In this document: in pieces, positions 10,206 to 20,748 of the stretch
Position numbering within the stretch: position 1 is the first letter of the stretch
Layout: every line of letters starts with the position of its first letter
IMG/VR virus record: IMGVR_UViG_3300023245_000006
Coordinates: 32,704-96,703 of that record
Reading direction: 5' to 3' (one strand)
Source: a virus
Length of the DNA stretch: 64,000 nt
Notes under the pieces: generated by a model
Databases searched by the model: none
What the model was told of the DNA's origin: nothing
What the model saw: the letters and a program-made list of their open reading frames with translations, nothing else
Program-made: the position numbers and the translations under genes

Positions 10206-10583
10206 ATGATAGGTAAAACACTTCTACATTTATTCCCGGACATTGACTTGATGGGAGACGTTACAATCGGGTCGGATCATGGCGTGGAGTCGATTATGGA
10301 ATGGCGATATTCGGAGCCACAACCGACGCAGGCGACGATTGAGGAGATATGGGAGGAGATTAAAGATATTGAGCCTACCCCTCCGATCCAAGTTCGACTC
10401 CGCGCAATCCTTGCACTCCAACCCGCTGCCGTTCGTGCGGCGTTCCTGCCCATCACCGCAGGAGTAAACTATGCCTTAGAGCAAGGGGACACCGAAGCCG
10501 CTCTGGCTGCCATCACCGCTACGGAGGTCCCGGCTAAACTGGAACCAGCCAAGGCGGCTTTGATTGCTGAGTTCGAAATTTAA
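10206..10583 (+). CDS. tail fibre assembly/XkdW-like protein
   Basis: I.EW.YSEPQPT motif; follows the fibre-like gene; GC-rich. Confidence 0.5.
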   Translation: MIGKTLLHLFPDIDLMGDVTIGSDHGVESIMEWRYSEPQPTQATIEEIWEEIKDIEPTPPIQVRLRAILALQPAAVRAAFLPITAGVNYALEQGDTEAALAAITATEVPAKLEPAKAALIAEFEI

Positions 10584-10587
10584 TGTC

Positions 10588-10893
10588 ATGCCGCCTATCC
10601 CCGATCCCACCGACCTTCCTGGTCTCTTTGAAACCGCGAATTTTATGGCCCAACAGACCGACCGCTGGATGTTCGTCGCCATGCTGGTAATTTTCCTGAT
10701 TTGCGGCGCGTGGATGACTCGCTATTTTACTGCGCAAATCCACCAAGCGCGACTGGAATTTGCGGTGCTGAGTAAAGAATTCACGGAGCATCTCATCACC
10801 ACGAATCGGGAGCTTGCTATACTGCTGGCAGGAACAACTAAAGCACTTGCGGACAACACGCGGGCTCTCGAACACGTCAAAGAAAAATTATGA
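10588..10893 (+). CDS. membrane protein, possible holin
   Basis: one TM helix followed by a coiled coil; GC-rich. Confidence 0.5.
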   Translation: MPPIPDPTDLPGLFETANFMAQQTDRWMFVAMLVIFLICGAWMTRYFTAQIHQARLEFAVLSKEFTEHLITTNRELAILLAGTTKALADNTRALEHVKEKL

Positions 10894-11075
10894 AGAACAC
10901 ATTCCTCCGACTCTGGGCCTGGATTACTGGCTCATCCGTTGCATTATTTAATTTCCTCGCGCCGATCCTAGCATCGTCTGCGGCAACCCTCTTGGAGCAA
11001 CTCGCGCCGGAATCTCCACCGGATACACCATTTCCCAAGTCGATCTTTCCAGCTTTACTAACTACGCATAATCTA

Positions 11076-11453
11076 ATGAAAAACCTGTGCATACTATTTG
11101 CATGTCTACTTTTTTTAGTATCATGTGTTACCAATCCTCCGGTTCCTGCTGCGCCTTGGGTTGGAGTTTATCGTAATGCATGTGTTCCAGAGGCTATCTC
11201 AATGGCCCAAGGATTGCGTGGGTCTGGTGTTCAGTCCAGAGTCTTGATGTTCTCCACTCCGACCTATTCACATGCTGCCACGGTCTATCTATATCCATCA
11301 GGACAAAATCAATTGTGGGTTTGGGATTCTTATTGGAAATCTACAACGGTTAGAGCCTTTTGGTACGAACCAAAACAAATTGCCCAAGTTTGGTTACAAA
11401 AGTGCGGAAGACGAGAACAGGTTTTAAAGGCTCACTTTCTTGAGACCGAATAA
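11076..11453 (+). CDS. putative lipoprotein (the longer ORF from 10890 fuses a truncated GC-rich gene to it)
   Basis: MKNLCILFACLLFLVS-C lipobox-like signal; Cys/His/Asp spacing resembles a papain-like fold. Confidence 0.5.
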   Translation: MKNLCILFACLLFLVSCVTNPPVPAAPWVGVYRNACVPEAISMAQGLRGSGVQSRVLMFSTPTYSHAATVYLYPSGQNQLWVWDSYWKSTTVRAFWYEPKQIAQVWLQKCGRREQVLKAHFLETE

Positions 11454-11455
11454 TT

Positions 11456-11917
11456 CTAAGAAGTATATTTGACCCAATATACCGGGAAACCTACTTCTTT
11501 AAAAATGCCTTCTACCATAGGTCTAACAATGGAAAAATTTCCACCCGCCAAACAACACCCGATTTTCCAAGGAAACCCAAGGATGATATTAGAATCTCCA
11601 TCGATTCTTTTGGTGCATAGATGGTTTTTTAAATGCACCAGTGCTATCTCTAATTTGTCTTCCATAAGTCTTTTACCAGACCCGAACGAATATTGCCCGT
11701 ATAAGTTATATATGAATTTTCCAGAAGACTCGGCACAGGTGAATTGTCCTAATTTATTTATATCACCTTTCTTGGTATTCAGGTCTGCATCATATGCCTC
11801 TGGATATTGTTCTCTAATTTGTCGAGCAATTCCGGCTCCGAACGTATGAAAACAGTTTGCACAGTGAGCAATGTGATTACATTCGCTATTTAATAGATCA
11901 CCATCAATTATTTTCAT
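11456..11917 (-). CDS. macrodomain (ADP-ribose processing) protein
   Basis: GDLL, HCANC..FGAGIA, NLYGQ and IGCCLAGG motifs. Confidence 0.9.
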   Translation of the reverse strand: MKIIDGDLLNSECNHIAHCANCFHTFGAGIARQIREQYPEAYDADLNTKKGDINKLGQFTCAESSGKFIYNLYGQYSFGSGKRLMEDKLEIALVHLKNHLCTKRIDGDSNIILGFPWKIGCCLAGGNFSIVRPMVEGIFKEVGFPVYWVKYTS

Positions 11918-12026
11918 CGGTTTTTTTATTATACCAAGACTTAATGGTTTCCCATTCAAACTAACCTCTTAAATCGTCTCAAATGAAAGATTAGGACCAT
12001 GCCTCCGAGGGTCGAGATAAGAGATT

Positions 12027-12524
12027 TTAATCATTGTCTTCTTTTTCATCGTTTAGTTTATCTAGATAATCCTTTACAGGATCAACCTTAGAATTCTTAT
12101 TATTCCATGATTGGTAGAGGCAGTCAAGTCCTTTTTGTATAAGTTCATTAGCGGAACATGTATATTCTTCTGATGCTTTAACAAGTCCAATGAAAAGATT
12201 GACGACAGATGCTGCTAATCCAGAATTTAACATATGGATATTTTTTAGAGATTCAATGTCATATACACCATTTTCCACCGTTGAAAGTGCTTCTAGATTA
12301 TTATATTGAAACACTGCCTTTTGTTTTTTGGCATCATCATCTATGGTTGTTAGTAGTGGAAAAATATATATAGGGATATTTCGTTTGGTTATTTCTTCTA
12401 ACACTTCTTCAATATATGTCATCTCATTAATCTCTTCTTCGGTAAGGAACACCTGACGATATTTTCGATCCTCATCTATTTCAGATTGTTTACTATCATA
12501 ATCATCTTTTTTTTGTCTTTTCAT
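12027..12524 (-). CDS. hypothetical protein
   Basis: ORF adjacent to the upstream stop. Confidence 0.6.
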   Translation of the reverse strand: MKRQKKDDYDSKQSEIDEDRKYRQVFLTEEEINEMTYIEEVLEEITKRNIPIYIFPLLTTIDDDAKKQKAVFQYNNLEALSTVENGVYDIESLKNIHMLNSGLAASVVNLFIGLVKASEEYTCSANELIQKGLDCLYQSWNNKNSKVDPVKDYLDKLNDEKEDND

Positions 12525-12525
12525 A

Positions 12526-13533
12526 TTATTTATTAAGTTTATACCAGTCAACAAATCGGGCTTCGACCTGTTCTTTGGTATGGGTTAAAATGTAATCGGA
12601 ATCCAATGGACCATTATGATCTTTAAATGCGCGGATGATGTTTCCTAGGTCCTTTCCTTCGGCTCCGGTTACTTCCATAACCAAACTACCAGAAAATTTA
12701 GATGCCATATCTTTTTTTACCAAATGATCTCCCAACATCTTTTTCCATTTATCTAATATGTCCACAGAAAAGTGTTTTGAAATTTCTTTGATGTAAACGG
12801 TCTTATCAGGATCACCGATAAAGGTATTTTTCATATCTTTAATATATTCTAACCAACGATTATAATCACCCCGTTTCGCATTCCTATTTTTATTGATACT
12901 GTTCAAATTTTCAAAGGCAAAGATATCCTTGCTAAAGAATCGAGAACCTGTAAGAAATTGGAAGATATCTCGTTCTTCATAGAAATTACCATAACCGACA
13001 TCAGATTCAAAGAATTCAACGACACTCTCCAAATTGGTGCTAATGGGGATACAACCCAATTGTTCACTATCGGATAGTTTAACAGGGTATGTAAGTCCAT
13101 CAATACCCCATTTCAAACCAGCCTGTTTGAGCATATACCCCATACAGTTACCGATAGGAGAATATGAACAAAAACTTAGGTATGCATGATAAGGTTTTGT
13201 ATCTTCAAAGACCGCAAGATCTATCTGATATTTTTCCAAAAAGTCAAATGAATATACGTTCGAATTTTTTCGGACGTATCGAGCCTTATAGGTTTCTTTG
13301 ATCTTACGACTCATGTTCTCAAAATTATTGGCATCTCGGTCCATGGTGACACAATCAACATCACCATGATCTTTCTTAAATTCATAAGAAGGGATGATCT
13401 TGACACCACGGAAACGATCTTTAGTTGCAAATGGAAGTCCTTGACGGAGTTGGTTGCACACGAATTCATATTCTTGTGCAGACATCCTCTGTCCTTCAAA
13501 TCCAAATTTTTCTTTTAGTGCCGTGTTTCCCAT
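12526..13533 (-). CDS. Pol-beta-superfamily nucleotidyltransferase-like phage protein
   Basis: DHGDVD and QIDL motifs; C-terminal GKDLG as in CCA-adding enzymes. Confidence 0.6.
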   Translation of the reverse strand: MGNTALKEKFGFEGQRMSAQEYEFVCNQLRQGLPFATKDRFRGVKIIPSYEFKKDHGDVDCVTMDRDANNFENMSRKIKETYKARYVRKNSNVYSFDFLEKYQIDLAVFEDTKPYHAYLSFCSYSPIGNCMGYMLKQAGLKWGIDGLTYPVKLSDSEQLGCIPISTNLESVVEFFESDVGYGNFYEERDIFQFLTGSRFFSKDIFAFENLNSINKNRNAKRGDYNRWLEYIKDMKNTFIGDPDKTVYIKEISKHFSVDILDKWKKMLGDHLVKKDMASKFSGSLVMEVTGAEGKDLGNIIRAFKDHNGPLDSDYILTHTKEQVEARFVDWYKLNK

Positions 13534-13537
13534 AATT

Positions 13538-14059
13538 TTATTCTGTTCCGTGTAGTTGTTCTGGTTCCATCTTATATCGTTTTTCTTGACCTGAATGTTT
13601 TTCACACAGAGCCTTCACCCAATTCGAACTTTTATCGAGTTTACCATAGTCTCCACATACCTCACAAGTTTGAGATGACAGGTATTCGATATGTGATTCT
13701 AATACTCTCCAAATTTCTCGATAGATTCCGGTTAGGTTGTGATCACCTTGATTGGTTAGAGTCCCGAATTTCTCTTTCATGATGCACGAAGTGATCCGTG
13801 CATCTGGTTGGATACCACTCTTAACAAGTAGATCAACCAAAGTGCAGGCTCGTTCGGCTAATTTATCAGCAAGTCCTAACCATCCGATCCCAAATTCCAT
13901 TGAATATCGAAGGTTGCAAGATTCTTCCTCTTTGATATGACCTAGTTTTATATATTGATCTGTGTAGCTACCATCCATCGGAACGATGAAAAATTGAGGC
14001 CATTTGTTTACGATAACCAGTTCTTCTGGTTTAAGATTTTTGATTGTAAATTCTTTCAT
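13538..14059 (-). CDS. conserved phage protein with Zn ribbon
   Basis: KEKFGTL and CEVCG..LC..H motifs. Confidence 0.7.
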   Translation of the reverse strand: MKEFTIKNLKPEELVIVNKWPQFFIVPMDGSYTDQYIKLGHIKEEESCNLRYSMEFGIGWLGLADKLAERACTLVDLLVKSGIQPDARITSCIMKEKFGTLTNQGDHNLTGIYREIWRVLESHIEYLSSQTCEVCGDYGKLDKSSNWVKALCEKHSGQEKRYKMEPEQLHGTE

Positions 14060-14100
14060 GGTTTTAATATATCAGAATTTTCAAATAAGGTCAATCAATT

Positions 14101-14801
14101 TTATCGGTTGAATTTTCTTTCTAGTTCCATCCTTTTCAAACATTGCAGTGCCGTTTCATTAGGAAGTAGTTTATATCCACAACCAATGGTTCCACCTTTC
14201 CAACTTCCTGTTCCTTCGCCAACTTCTTGATCGAAATCTACCCGAATTGTGGTTGATCGATTTTTAATAAAAGGCAAACCTCTCCAGTGCCATGTCATTC
14301 TATCTAGATGATATGTGGCAATTACATTTTGTATTTGACCGTTCTTTAGCGTATAAGTGTATGGTTCTTGTTTAGAATGTCGTTCTTCGGCTTTTGTTAA
14401 AGCGTCATGATCTGTACCATTTTTTCTGGAGTCTTTAAATAGTGATTCAAAACTTATAGTATCTAGAACCTCTGTTGATTCCCAATCAAGAGACCATGGA
14501 AGACGAATAGTTTTCCTATATTCACCCCATCCGAAGACAATGGAACAATAATCATAAAATCCTAGATTATATTTTCTATATCGTTCATCATCAAAGAATT
14601 CAATTTCTCCGTGATTTAGATGGATATATAGATCCATAAAGGGCAGATGGAAACCCAACATCTTTCCTCCCGAAACATTGTCGGTGGATAATCCACAACC
14701 CAACCAAGAACCACGTAAATTGAATTTATGAAAATTCAGTTCTCCCCAAGTGTATCGAGTGTCGTATTTGTGGCCGATTAGTTTTTTAAGTTTTTGGATC
14801 A
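14101..14801 (-). CDS. hypothetical phage protein
   Basis: ORF with C-terminal GSWKGGTIGC motif; start uncertain. Confidence 0.65.
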
Positions 14802-15048
14802 TTGTATGTTTGTAGGTTAAATTTTGAAAATAGTTCATAGTCTTCTTGGGCGATCTCACTGACTCGTCTAACAATGTTTTCCATCTTACACTCATATAGA
14901 CCAGCCGAAGAAAAGGAAGTGAGTTCCATTACCCAATAATTTTTATCAGAGTCTTCACAGATGTCAATACAAAAAACAGAATCAGGGTAGTAACCCAGAT
15001 CGAGAAATTGTCTTTGATATCATTTCTGGGAAGATCTCGGTTATCGAT

Positions 15049-15240
15049 TTAGCACCCATTTTTTAATAGTCTTTGGTGAAGATCTTCAACCTTTTCTTCT
15101 AATGTTTTGCTCTCCCATATTAATTGATCTTTGATTTTTTGGTCCATTGCCTTCAAACCAGAACAAAAATTACAATTTCCATTGGTATGATAATAAACCT
15201 TTTTACAGTATGGACAATATTTGTTGATTACGTGGGCCAT
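15049..15240 (-). CDS. small Zn-finger-like protein
   Basis: two CxxC motifs. Confidence 0.55.
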   Translation of the reverse strand: MAHVINKYCPYCKKVYYHTNGNCNFCSGLKAMDQKIKDQLIWESKTLEEKVEDLHQRLLKNGC

Positions 15241-15241
15241 A

Positions 15242-15466
15242 TTATTTTTTAGTGTCTCGTAATTTTTTAAATCGTTTATCGATTATTTTGTTTTGTTCCT
15301 TTTCGGTAAATTCTCCATTACCTTGTCGGTGTGCATAACTCCACATATCGGCATTATGTACCAGATCTTTGATCTTTTCGTTTTTTCCGATAATACAATA
15401 TAAATTAATGTCATGTAGAAATCCCTCATACATTGCAATCTTTTCTTTTTGGGTTGGTCGTTTCAT
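15242..15466 (-). CDS. hypothetical protein
   Basis: tightly packed ORF. Confidence 0.6.
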   Translation of the reverse strand: MKRPTQKEKIAMYEGFLHDINLYCIIGKNEKIKDLVHNADMWSYAHRQGNGEFTEKEQNKIIDKRFKKLRDTKK

Positions 15467-15603
15467 ATTATTGAATTAGTGCCCAGACAACCCAAATACA
15501 AACGGTTATATTGAACGCAACATTCATAGATTCTGAATTATTTGGTGATAGTGATGCAATTGCACAGGATACCCACACTACATAGGTTAAAATTAAGAAA
15601 GGG

Positions 15604-15852
15604 TTATCCATTTGTTATATTATAAATTTCTCTTTCGGTTTGAAGCACGAAGGCAGAATCTATTCTGTGAGACATTCCATGAATAGGATCGATCCATTGG
15701 AACCAACAATGATCCGGAGAAATCATGTCGATATTTTTCCATCCAGTGGATTCTAGATACTTCCCAATAGATACGAATGCATCATCTTTATGATCAACTT
15801 TTTTAGAGGGTTTCGACTTTTTGAGCAAATTCTGTGTGAATGTGTTATACAT
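15604..15852 (-). CDS. hypothetical protein
   Basis: tightly packed ORF. Confidence 0.55.
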   Translation of the reverse strand: MYNTFTQNLLKKSKPSKKVDHKDDAFVSIGKYLESTGWKNIDMISPDHCWFQWIDPIHGMSHRIDSAFVLQTEREIYNITNG

Positions 15853-16059
15853 ATTATTTTATAATTTTGTTGCAAACACCCAAACTACAAAAATGAAGAA
15901 GGTCATACTTGTTGCAAGTCCCATAGTATCTACGTTTTTGGTAAATGCTGTGGCGAATCCACAAGACAACCAGATCACACATGCTAGAATTAGATAAGGA
16001 TTATTCATAAGGTGCATTATATATAATAACGTAGATATGTCAAGAATTATGAAAATTTA

Positions 16060-16512
16060 TTAAGAAAGTAATTTTATTAGATTTGTTGTATAATCCATAA
16101 ACCCATTTCGTTCCATAGAACCATCTGGAAAAATTATATATATTTTTTTATTTTTCTTTTTAGAGTATCGGATGGTTGCCCATGTTCCTGATCTAACTTG
16201 TTCGATTTTACTACTAGGACATGCTATCATGATATTCGATGCGTCCACAATATCATGATTCCTTGCAAGATATTCTTTAGATTCGAGAACAACTCCATCC
16301 TCACAAAACGATCTTTTAATCTCGTTGATCGGTGGATGGATAATAATCTTACCGGACGAGACTTCTTTATAAATATTATGAGCATCCGTATCTGCTCCGA
16401 TACAGTCTCCATGATGAAATTCAACAGAGACTATATCAGAAAAGATACTTAGAACAACGTGCTTTTGCTCGTTACTCATACCAACTTGATTACCAGTAAA
16501 TCCAAATTTCAT
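16060..16512 (-). CDS. SLOG/DprA-Smf-like nucleotide-binding protein
   Basis: GFTG, HHGDCIGAD, RNHDIVD and SGTWAT motifs. Confidence 0.8.
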   Translation of the reverse strand: MKFGFTGNQVGMSNEQKHVVLSIFSDIVSVEFHHGDCIGADTDAHNIYKEVSSGKIIIHPPINEIKRSFCEDGVVLESKEYLARNHDIVDASNIMIACPSSKIEQVRSGTWATIRYSKKKNKKIYIIFPDGSMERNGFMDYTTNLIKLLS

Positions 16513-17618
16513 GATTTTTTAAGGACTTGCCAAAAAATCTTTATGATTTGATCATGTGTTAAATTTTTTCCATCCAATTTAGAGAAACAAAAAGACGCTC
16601 TATTTGTTGGACCATATGATTCTATAATCATCTGGGCTTGTTCTTTTCTCGTTTTTAAATTTTTTATAGTTCTTACGAAATCATTAATATGATCTAATAT
16701 TCGATTCACTTCTTTTGCACCATCAGATAGTCTCGAAATTTGACCACGGAGTTGTTCTGCAATCTCATGATCGAAGCTAGTTTCGATCAGGTTGTAAAAA
16801 CCTTGGTAATCAGGCATATCATTTTTGACATAGAATTGAATCAGGTTATTTTCAGAAGATAATTCGGACTTGATTCGATGTTTTACAAGGTAGGCATCAG
16901 CTTTGGTTTTTTTCAAAACTTGACCATTATTTCCATAAATAACTATACCCTCACCCTTTGTCCATTTTTCTACATCGTTCACCATATCTTCGATGGAGGG
17001 AAACAAATAACGAGATGGTCGTTTAACCCCAAAAGAAATAGCCACATCATCTAATTTGTCTTGTATAATATACGTATAGTGTGGGTGTTCTACGATTCCG
17101 GTCAACCACAATTCGGGTTCCAAACTTTCACGCTCCACTATTATATTTACTGGAGAATACCATTCACATATAATAGAATATCCTTCACTATCCAACAAAT
17201 CATTATCAAACAATCTAGGATATTTATCTTTGAGAATCGGTATTTCGTAACCGTTTTCCATCGTTGATTCGGCATCAACCGTTCCTCGGGTTCGCACGAT
17301 TAATTCTTTTTTAAATTTGGATATAATCAAAGCCGAACCATCCATCTTACGAATATATTCAATATCACCTTTAATATTTAAAGGTTCGAACTCTGGTTGC
17401 TCTGGTAAATTTGTAAATTTTCTATAAGATGCGCTCACGAGTTCGCCATCTTCGGTCCATATGGAACTTCTGAAATATTTGTTGGTTTCATCCCACTTGA
17501 CACCAATTTGTCGGGGGAATATAAGTTTACACGTTGTATTTGATATAATACAATCTCGTATATAAAACTCTTCTTCTGATGGAAACCTGTCAATTTTCAT
17601 ACCGTCTATATTATCCAT
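16509..17618 (-). CDS. RNA ligase, T4 Rnl1-like
   Basis: KFTN, motif I KMDGS, EGIV and terminal K-x-K. Confidence 0.8.
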   Translation of the reverse strand: MDNIDGMKIDRFPSEEEFYIRDCIISNTTCKLIFPRQIGVKWDETNKYFRSSIWTEDGELVSASYRKFTNLPEQPEFEPLNIKGDIEYIRKMDGSALIISKFKKELIVRTRGTVDAESTMENGYEIPILKDKYPRLFDNDLLDSEGYSIICEWYSPVNIIVERESLEPELWLTGIVEHPHYTYIIQDKLDDVAISFGVKRPSRYLFPSIEDMVNDVEKWTKGEGIVIYGNNGQVLKKTKADAYLVKHRIKSELSSENNLIQFYVKNDMPDYQGFYNLIETSFDHEIAEQLRGQISRLSDGAKEVNRILDHINDFVRTIKNLKTRKEQAQMIIESYGPTNRASFCFSKLDGKNLTHDQIIKIFWQVLKKS

Positions 17619-17770
17619 TTTTATGGAATTGTCAATAAATATTTGAGATATTCGTGAATGTTCAGTATAATTATATATGGTTATGAAATTAATTATGAAA
17701 AATAAAATGTCTCTAGTTTCATAAAAAAGATATTATCAAAATTTGTTATAGTGTCAAGGACAATGTGATT

Positions 17771-18385
17771 TTAATGGTCTAAAACATCACACTTGTCACA
17801 ATCATCCATACGAGCAGAAATTTGATCACACGTATGAAGCAACCATGCAAGTTTCGTGTGTGGTGCAACAGGACTACCCCATTCTCTTCGACCATGATGG
17901 GCAAGAATGGCATGTAAGATATCATCATGATGTTCTTTATATAGATCGTATTTATCAACAGCTTTACTCCAAACCAACCCAGATCGGCTAATGTGGTGAA
18001 TTTCGCGTTTATGGTCGGTTCCTTCCCAACCACCACGATCAAATGGATTCATCATATCTAGGGTTTTGGGTATGCGAAATTTTCTACTATAATCCCACAT
18101 CTTACCAACATCATGAAATAATCCAGCCAAGATAATATGATCTGGTCTGATATTTAGATTGAGAACTTCCTTGGTTTTTAACATCAAAGTAATGACCTCA
18201 AATGTGTGCGTAGACAACCCATGATCACCATAATGGTGATGTTCTAGTTTAGCAGAACCACTCCAAATTCCGAAATTGGGAAGATCATTGAAGATGGCAC
18301 TAGAAATCATAAAGATATCACCAGAATTACACTGTTCGCGGATCAATTTTTTGATGTCAGGTGTTTTATCGGTGTATTTATTCAT
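17771..18385 (-). CDS. HD-domain phosphohydrolase (YhaM-like)
   Basis: HH..GL..H, HDVGK, HAILAHHG..EWGSP. Confidence 0.85.
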   Translation of the reverse strand: MNKYTDKTPDIKKLIREQCNSGDIFMISSAIFNDLPNFGIWSGSAKLEHHHYGDHGLSTHTFEVITLMLKTKEVLNLNIRPDHIILAGLFHDVGKMWDYSRKFRIPKTLDMMNPFDRGGWEGTDHKREIHHISRSGLVWSKAVDKYDLYKEHHDDILHAILAHHGRREWGSPVAPHTKLAWLLHTCDQISARMDDCDKCDVLDH

Positions 18386-18482
18386 TTGTAATATATGTGA
18401 TAAGATAGAGAGAAAAATTCTAAATGTTATGTTGACGAGGTTTTGCGAATTATAAAACAACTATTAATCCATTGCCATTATT

Positions 18483-18977
18483 TTAAAATGTAAATTTAAC
18501 TTCTCCTGTATATCCTTTTAGGGCATGGACTGCTGCCAACTGAAATCCCGTCTGAGGCCAAGGTTTGGGTGGTGTATCTACCATCAACACTTCAACCAAT
18601 CCAAAACCATTTTCTTGCATATCTCGAACCCTAGCTTTCATAAACCATGCATTTAGTAGAGCAAGAAAAACAATGTTGTTCGATACTTCCATAGACTTTT
18701 TCAAAAATTTCCTGAATTGTGACCATGGCGGGTTCGTAATGATCCAATCAACCTTATCATTAAATTCTAAGAAGTCAACACCTTTATCAATTTCACACCA
18801 AATGGCATCATTTATACCATTTCTGGAAAATGCCCTCATAAAAGAGCCTTCACCCTTACATGGTTCTAAAATGAGTCCAGAAGGTTGAAAATGATCTACG
18901 ATACGGAAAGCCAGATCATCTGGTGTCCATACTTTATCGTTTCCACCCTTCGGTGCTAATGGTCTGCCTTTTTTCAT
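18483..18977 (-). CDS. N6-adenine DNA methyltransferase
   Basis: LEPCKGEG and TNPPW motifs. Confidence 0.85.
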   Translation of the reverse strand: MKKGRPLAPKGGNDKVWTPDDLAFRIVDHFQPSGLILEPCKGEGSFMRAFSRNGINDAIWCEIDKGVDFLEFNDKVDWIITNPPWSQFRKFLKKSMEVSNNIVFLALLNAWFMKARVRDMQENGFGLVEVLMVDTPPKPWPQTGFQLAAVHALKGYTGEVKFTF

Positions 18978-18978
18978 A

Positions 18979-19842
18979 TTACTTCAAACAATTGTTGTAG
19001 TCCACTCGGGAAAAGTTAGGAACTCCGAGTCCGGTTAGATTGTTATAGAGGAATGTCACCGTCTTACCGATCCATTGATCTTTATCGTCCAAGAATTTTT
19101 TAGCCTCTTCTTGGGTTCCTTTGAACGAAGCATCAAATTCTTTTCCGTTCCATTTAAGAGTAATGACCTTACCCATCCCTGCCCAATTTCCGGTCCCTTC
19201 TTTGATATCTAAGATTTCGGCTTCTGAATCATCTGTCTGCTTCATTTTGAGAAGATTTGCAGATCGTTTGTTTTCATAAGGTGCATTAAGTAACCTAATG
19301 ATTGATCCTTCTTCACCATCCTCAACCAATTTTCCAAAATGCTTATAGATGTCTTCAAGGTTGTTACACATGACATTCTGAACCAATTTGATATAAGGAG
19401 TCGTTTCGAGTTCGATACTGATCCGAGCATATCTCGACATGTAAATAGATTCTTTGGTAACATTTCCTATATTGTATCCATCGTAAACAAAGAACCGAAC
19501 CCGTTGTTCACTGTTCTTCAAATGTTCTGGTGTGATATGGACACTCCGACGAATCAATTTCATCGTTTCGTTCAATTTATCTTTGAGACCATCACCCATC
19601 AATTCACCATCTAAAACCGCATCGGGATATACCGCGAAGAATCCTTTCAAAGCATCTTCGATATGAGGCACTGTCATATACTTTTCACCCTTACGAGTGT
19701 ATAGACCTTCTTTGGTTGCAATGCCGCGACAATTATGTGCTAAAATGCCATTAGCATAAAAGTTATGATTTCCTACGATTTCTAAATCGTATCGATTTTG
19801 CGGTGGTATCTTTTTTATAGATTTAATTTTTACAGTTTTCAT
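18979..19842 (-). CDS. ATP-dependent DNA ligase, C-terminal half preceded by split intein C-part (37 aa)
   Basis: YDLEI..NHNFYANGILAHN/C intein end, then LDGEL, EGSIIR and LLKMK ligase motifs. Confidence 0.92.
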   Translation of the reverse strand: MKTVKIKSIKKIPPQNRYDLEIVGNHNFYANGILAHNCRGIATKEGLYTRKGEKYMTVPHIEDALKGFFAVYPDAVLDGELMGDGLKDKLNETMKLIRRSVHITPEHLKNSEQRVRFFVYDGYNIGNVTKESIYMSRYARISIELETTPYIKLVQNVMCNNLEDIYKHFGKLVEDGEEGSIIRLLNAPYENKRSANLLKMKQTDDSEAEILDIKEGTGNWAGMGKVITLKWNGKEFDASFKGTQEEAKKFLDDKDQWIGKTVTFLYNNLTGLGVPNFSRVDYNNCLK

Positions 19843-20716
19843 TTATAATTTTCTTTATTTTATCTGGATTTTTTCGAATGTCAAGCTCCCATAAAACAAT
19901 CACTTTATATCCAAAATCTTCTATGTGATGAATTCGTATTTTATCCTTTTTTCGAATCTCTCTCGCCGTTTTATTTCCACCCCAAATCGGAATTATATCC
20001 GTTGCTTTATATATTTTGGGATTTCCATGCCAGATATCACCATTTATCTCTATAACAATCTTTTTAGATTCTATCAATATGTCCGGTCTGGGACAAAACT
20101 CTCGATTCAATTTTTTATTAAATTTAAAGAATCTATGTTGTGGTTCATATTCGAATTCTATGTTCAATTCTTTTAACATATCCTCTACGATAATTTGTAA
20201 CTTGCTTCTATATCCGCTATGTTTTGGACGATTTGGAAGATAATTTGGGTTTGTGACTCCATATTTTGTCATCAGAGTCTCTTTACTTTTTTCTTTCGTC
20301 GATTCTAACTGAAACACGTTCGCAATATTATACCTATTCTTTACTGTTTTATTCCTTTTTTTATAAAATCTGGAATTTTTCGACATAGGATGTTCCATAC
20401 CATATCTCGTATCACATGTTTCTTTAAATTTGTTGCGAACTTTGGGATTATTGGCAGAATCTACCATGGTCGGTGTATCTATTCCATAAGTTTTACAACG
20501 ATATATGATCGCCGCCGCAGACATTTTTATACCCCTCGGTTGAAGAATATTCTGGGCGATGAAATTCATACTAAATTTATGGAAATTCACGACTTCGTCC
20601 AAAAATTCTTTCGAGATTATCCCTTTTAAATATTTTCTTCGAGTCCAGTCATTTGGATGTCGAGATATAATCTCCATATCTATTTTCATTTTTTTAAATT
20701 TTTCTAAATGGTTCAC
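19823..20716 (-). CDS. free-standing homing endonuclease (Vsr/DUF559-like)
   Basis: PDI..VIEINGDIWH..VLWE; KYGV repeats; lies between the ligase halves; TAAGTA upstream. Confidence 0.85.
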   Translation of the reverse strand: MNHLEKFKKMKIDMEIISRHPNDWTRRKYLKGIISKEFLDEVVNFHKFSMNFIAQNILQPRGIKMSAAAIIYRCKTYGIDTPTMVDSANNPKVRNKFKETCDTRYGMEHPMSKNSRFYKKRNKTVKNRYNIANVFQLESTKEKSKETLMTKYGVTNPNYLPNRPKHSGYRSKLQIIVEDMLKELNIEFEYEPQHRFFKFNKKLNREFCPRPDILIESKKIVIEINGDIWHGNPKIYKATDIIPIWGGNKTAREIRKKDKIRIHHIEDFGYKVIVLWELDIRKNPDKIKKIINENCKN

Positions 20717-20748
20717 ATATATACTTACACATAAAATACAATGGTTTG

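Noticed and set aside
19823-20748. Group I intron reuniting the ligase halves
   Set aside because: The non-coding flanks are too short for a ribozyme core, and both halves carry complete split-intein motifs.
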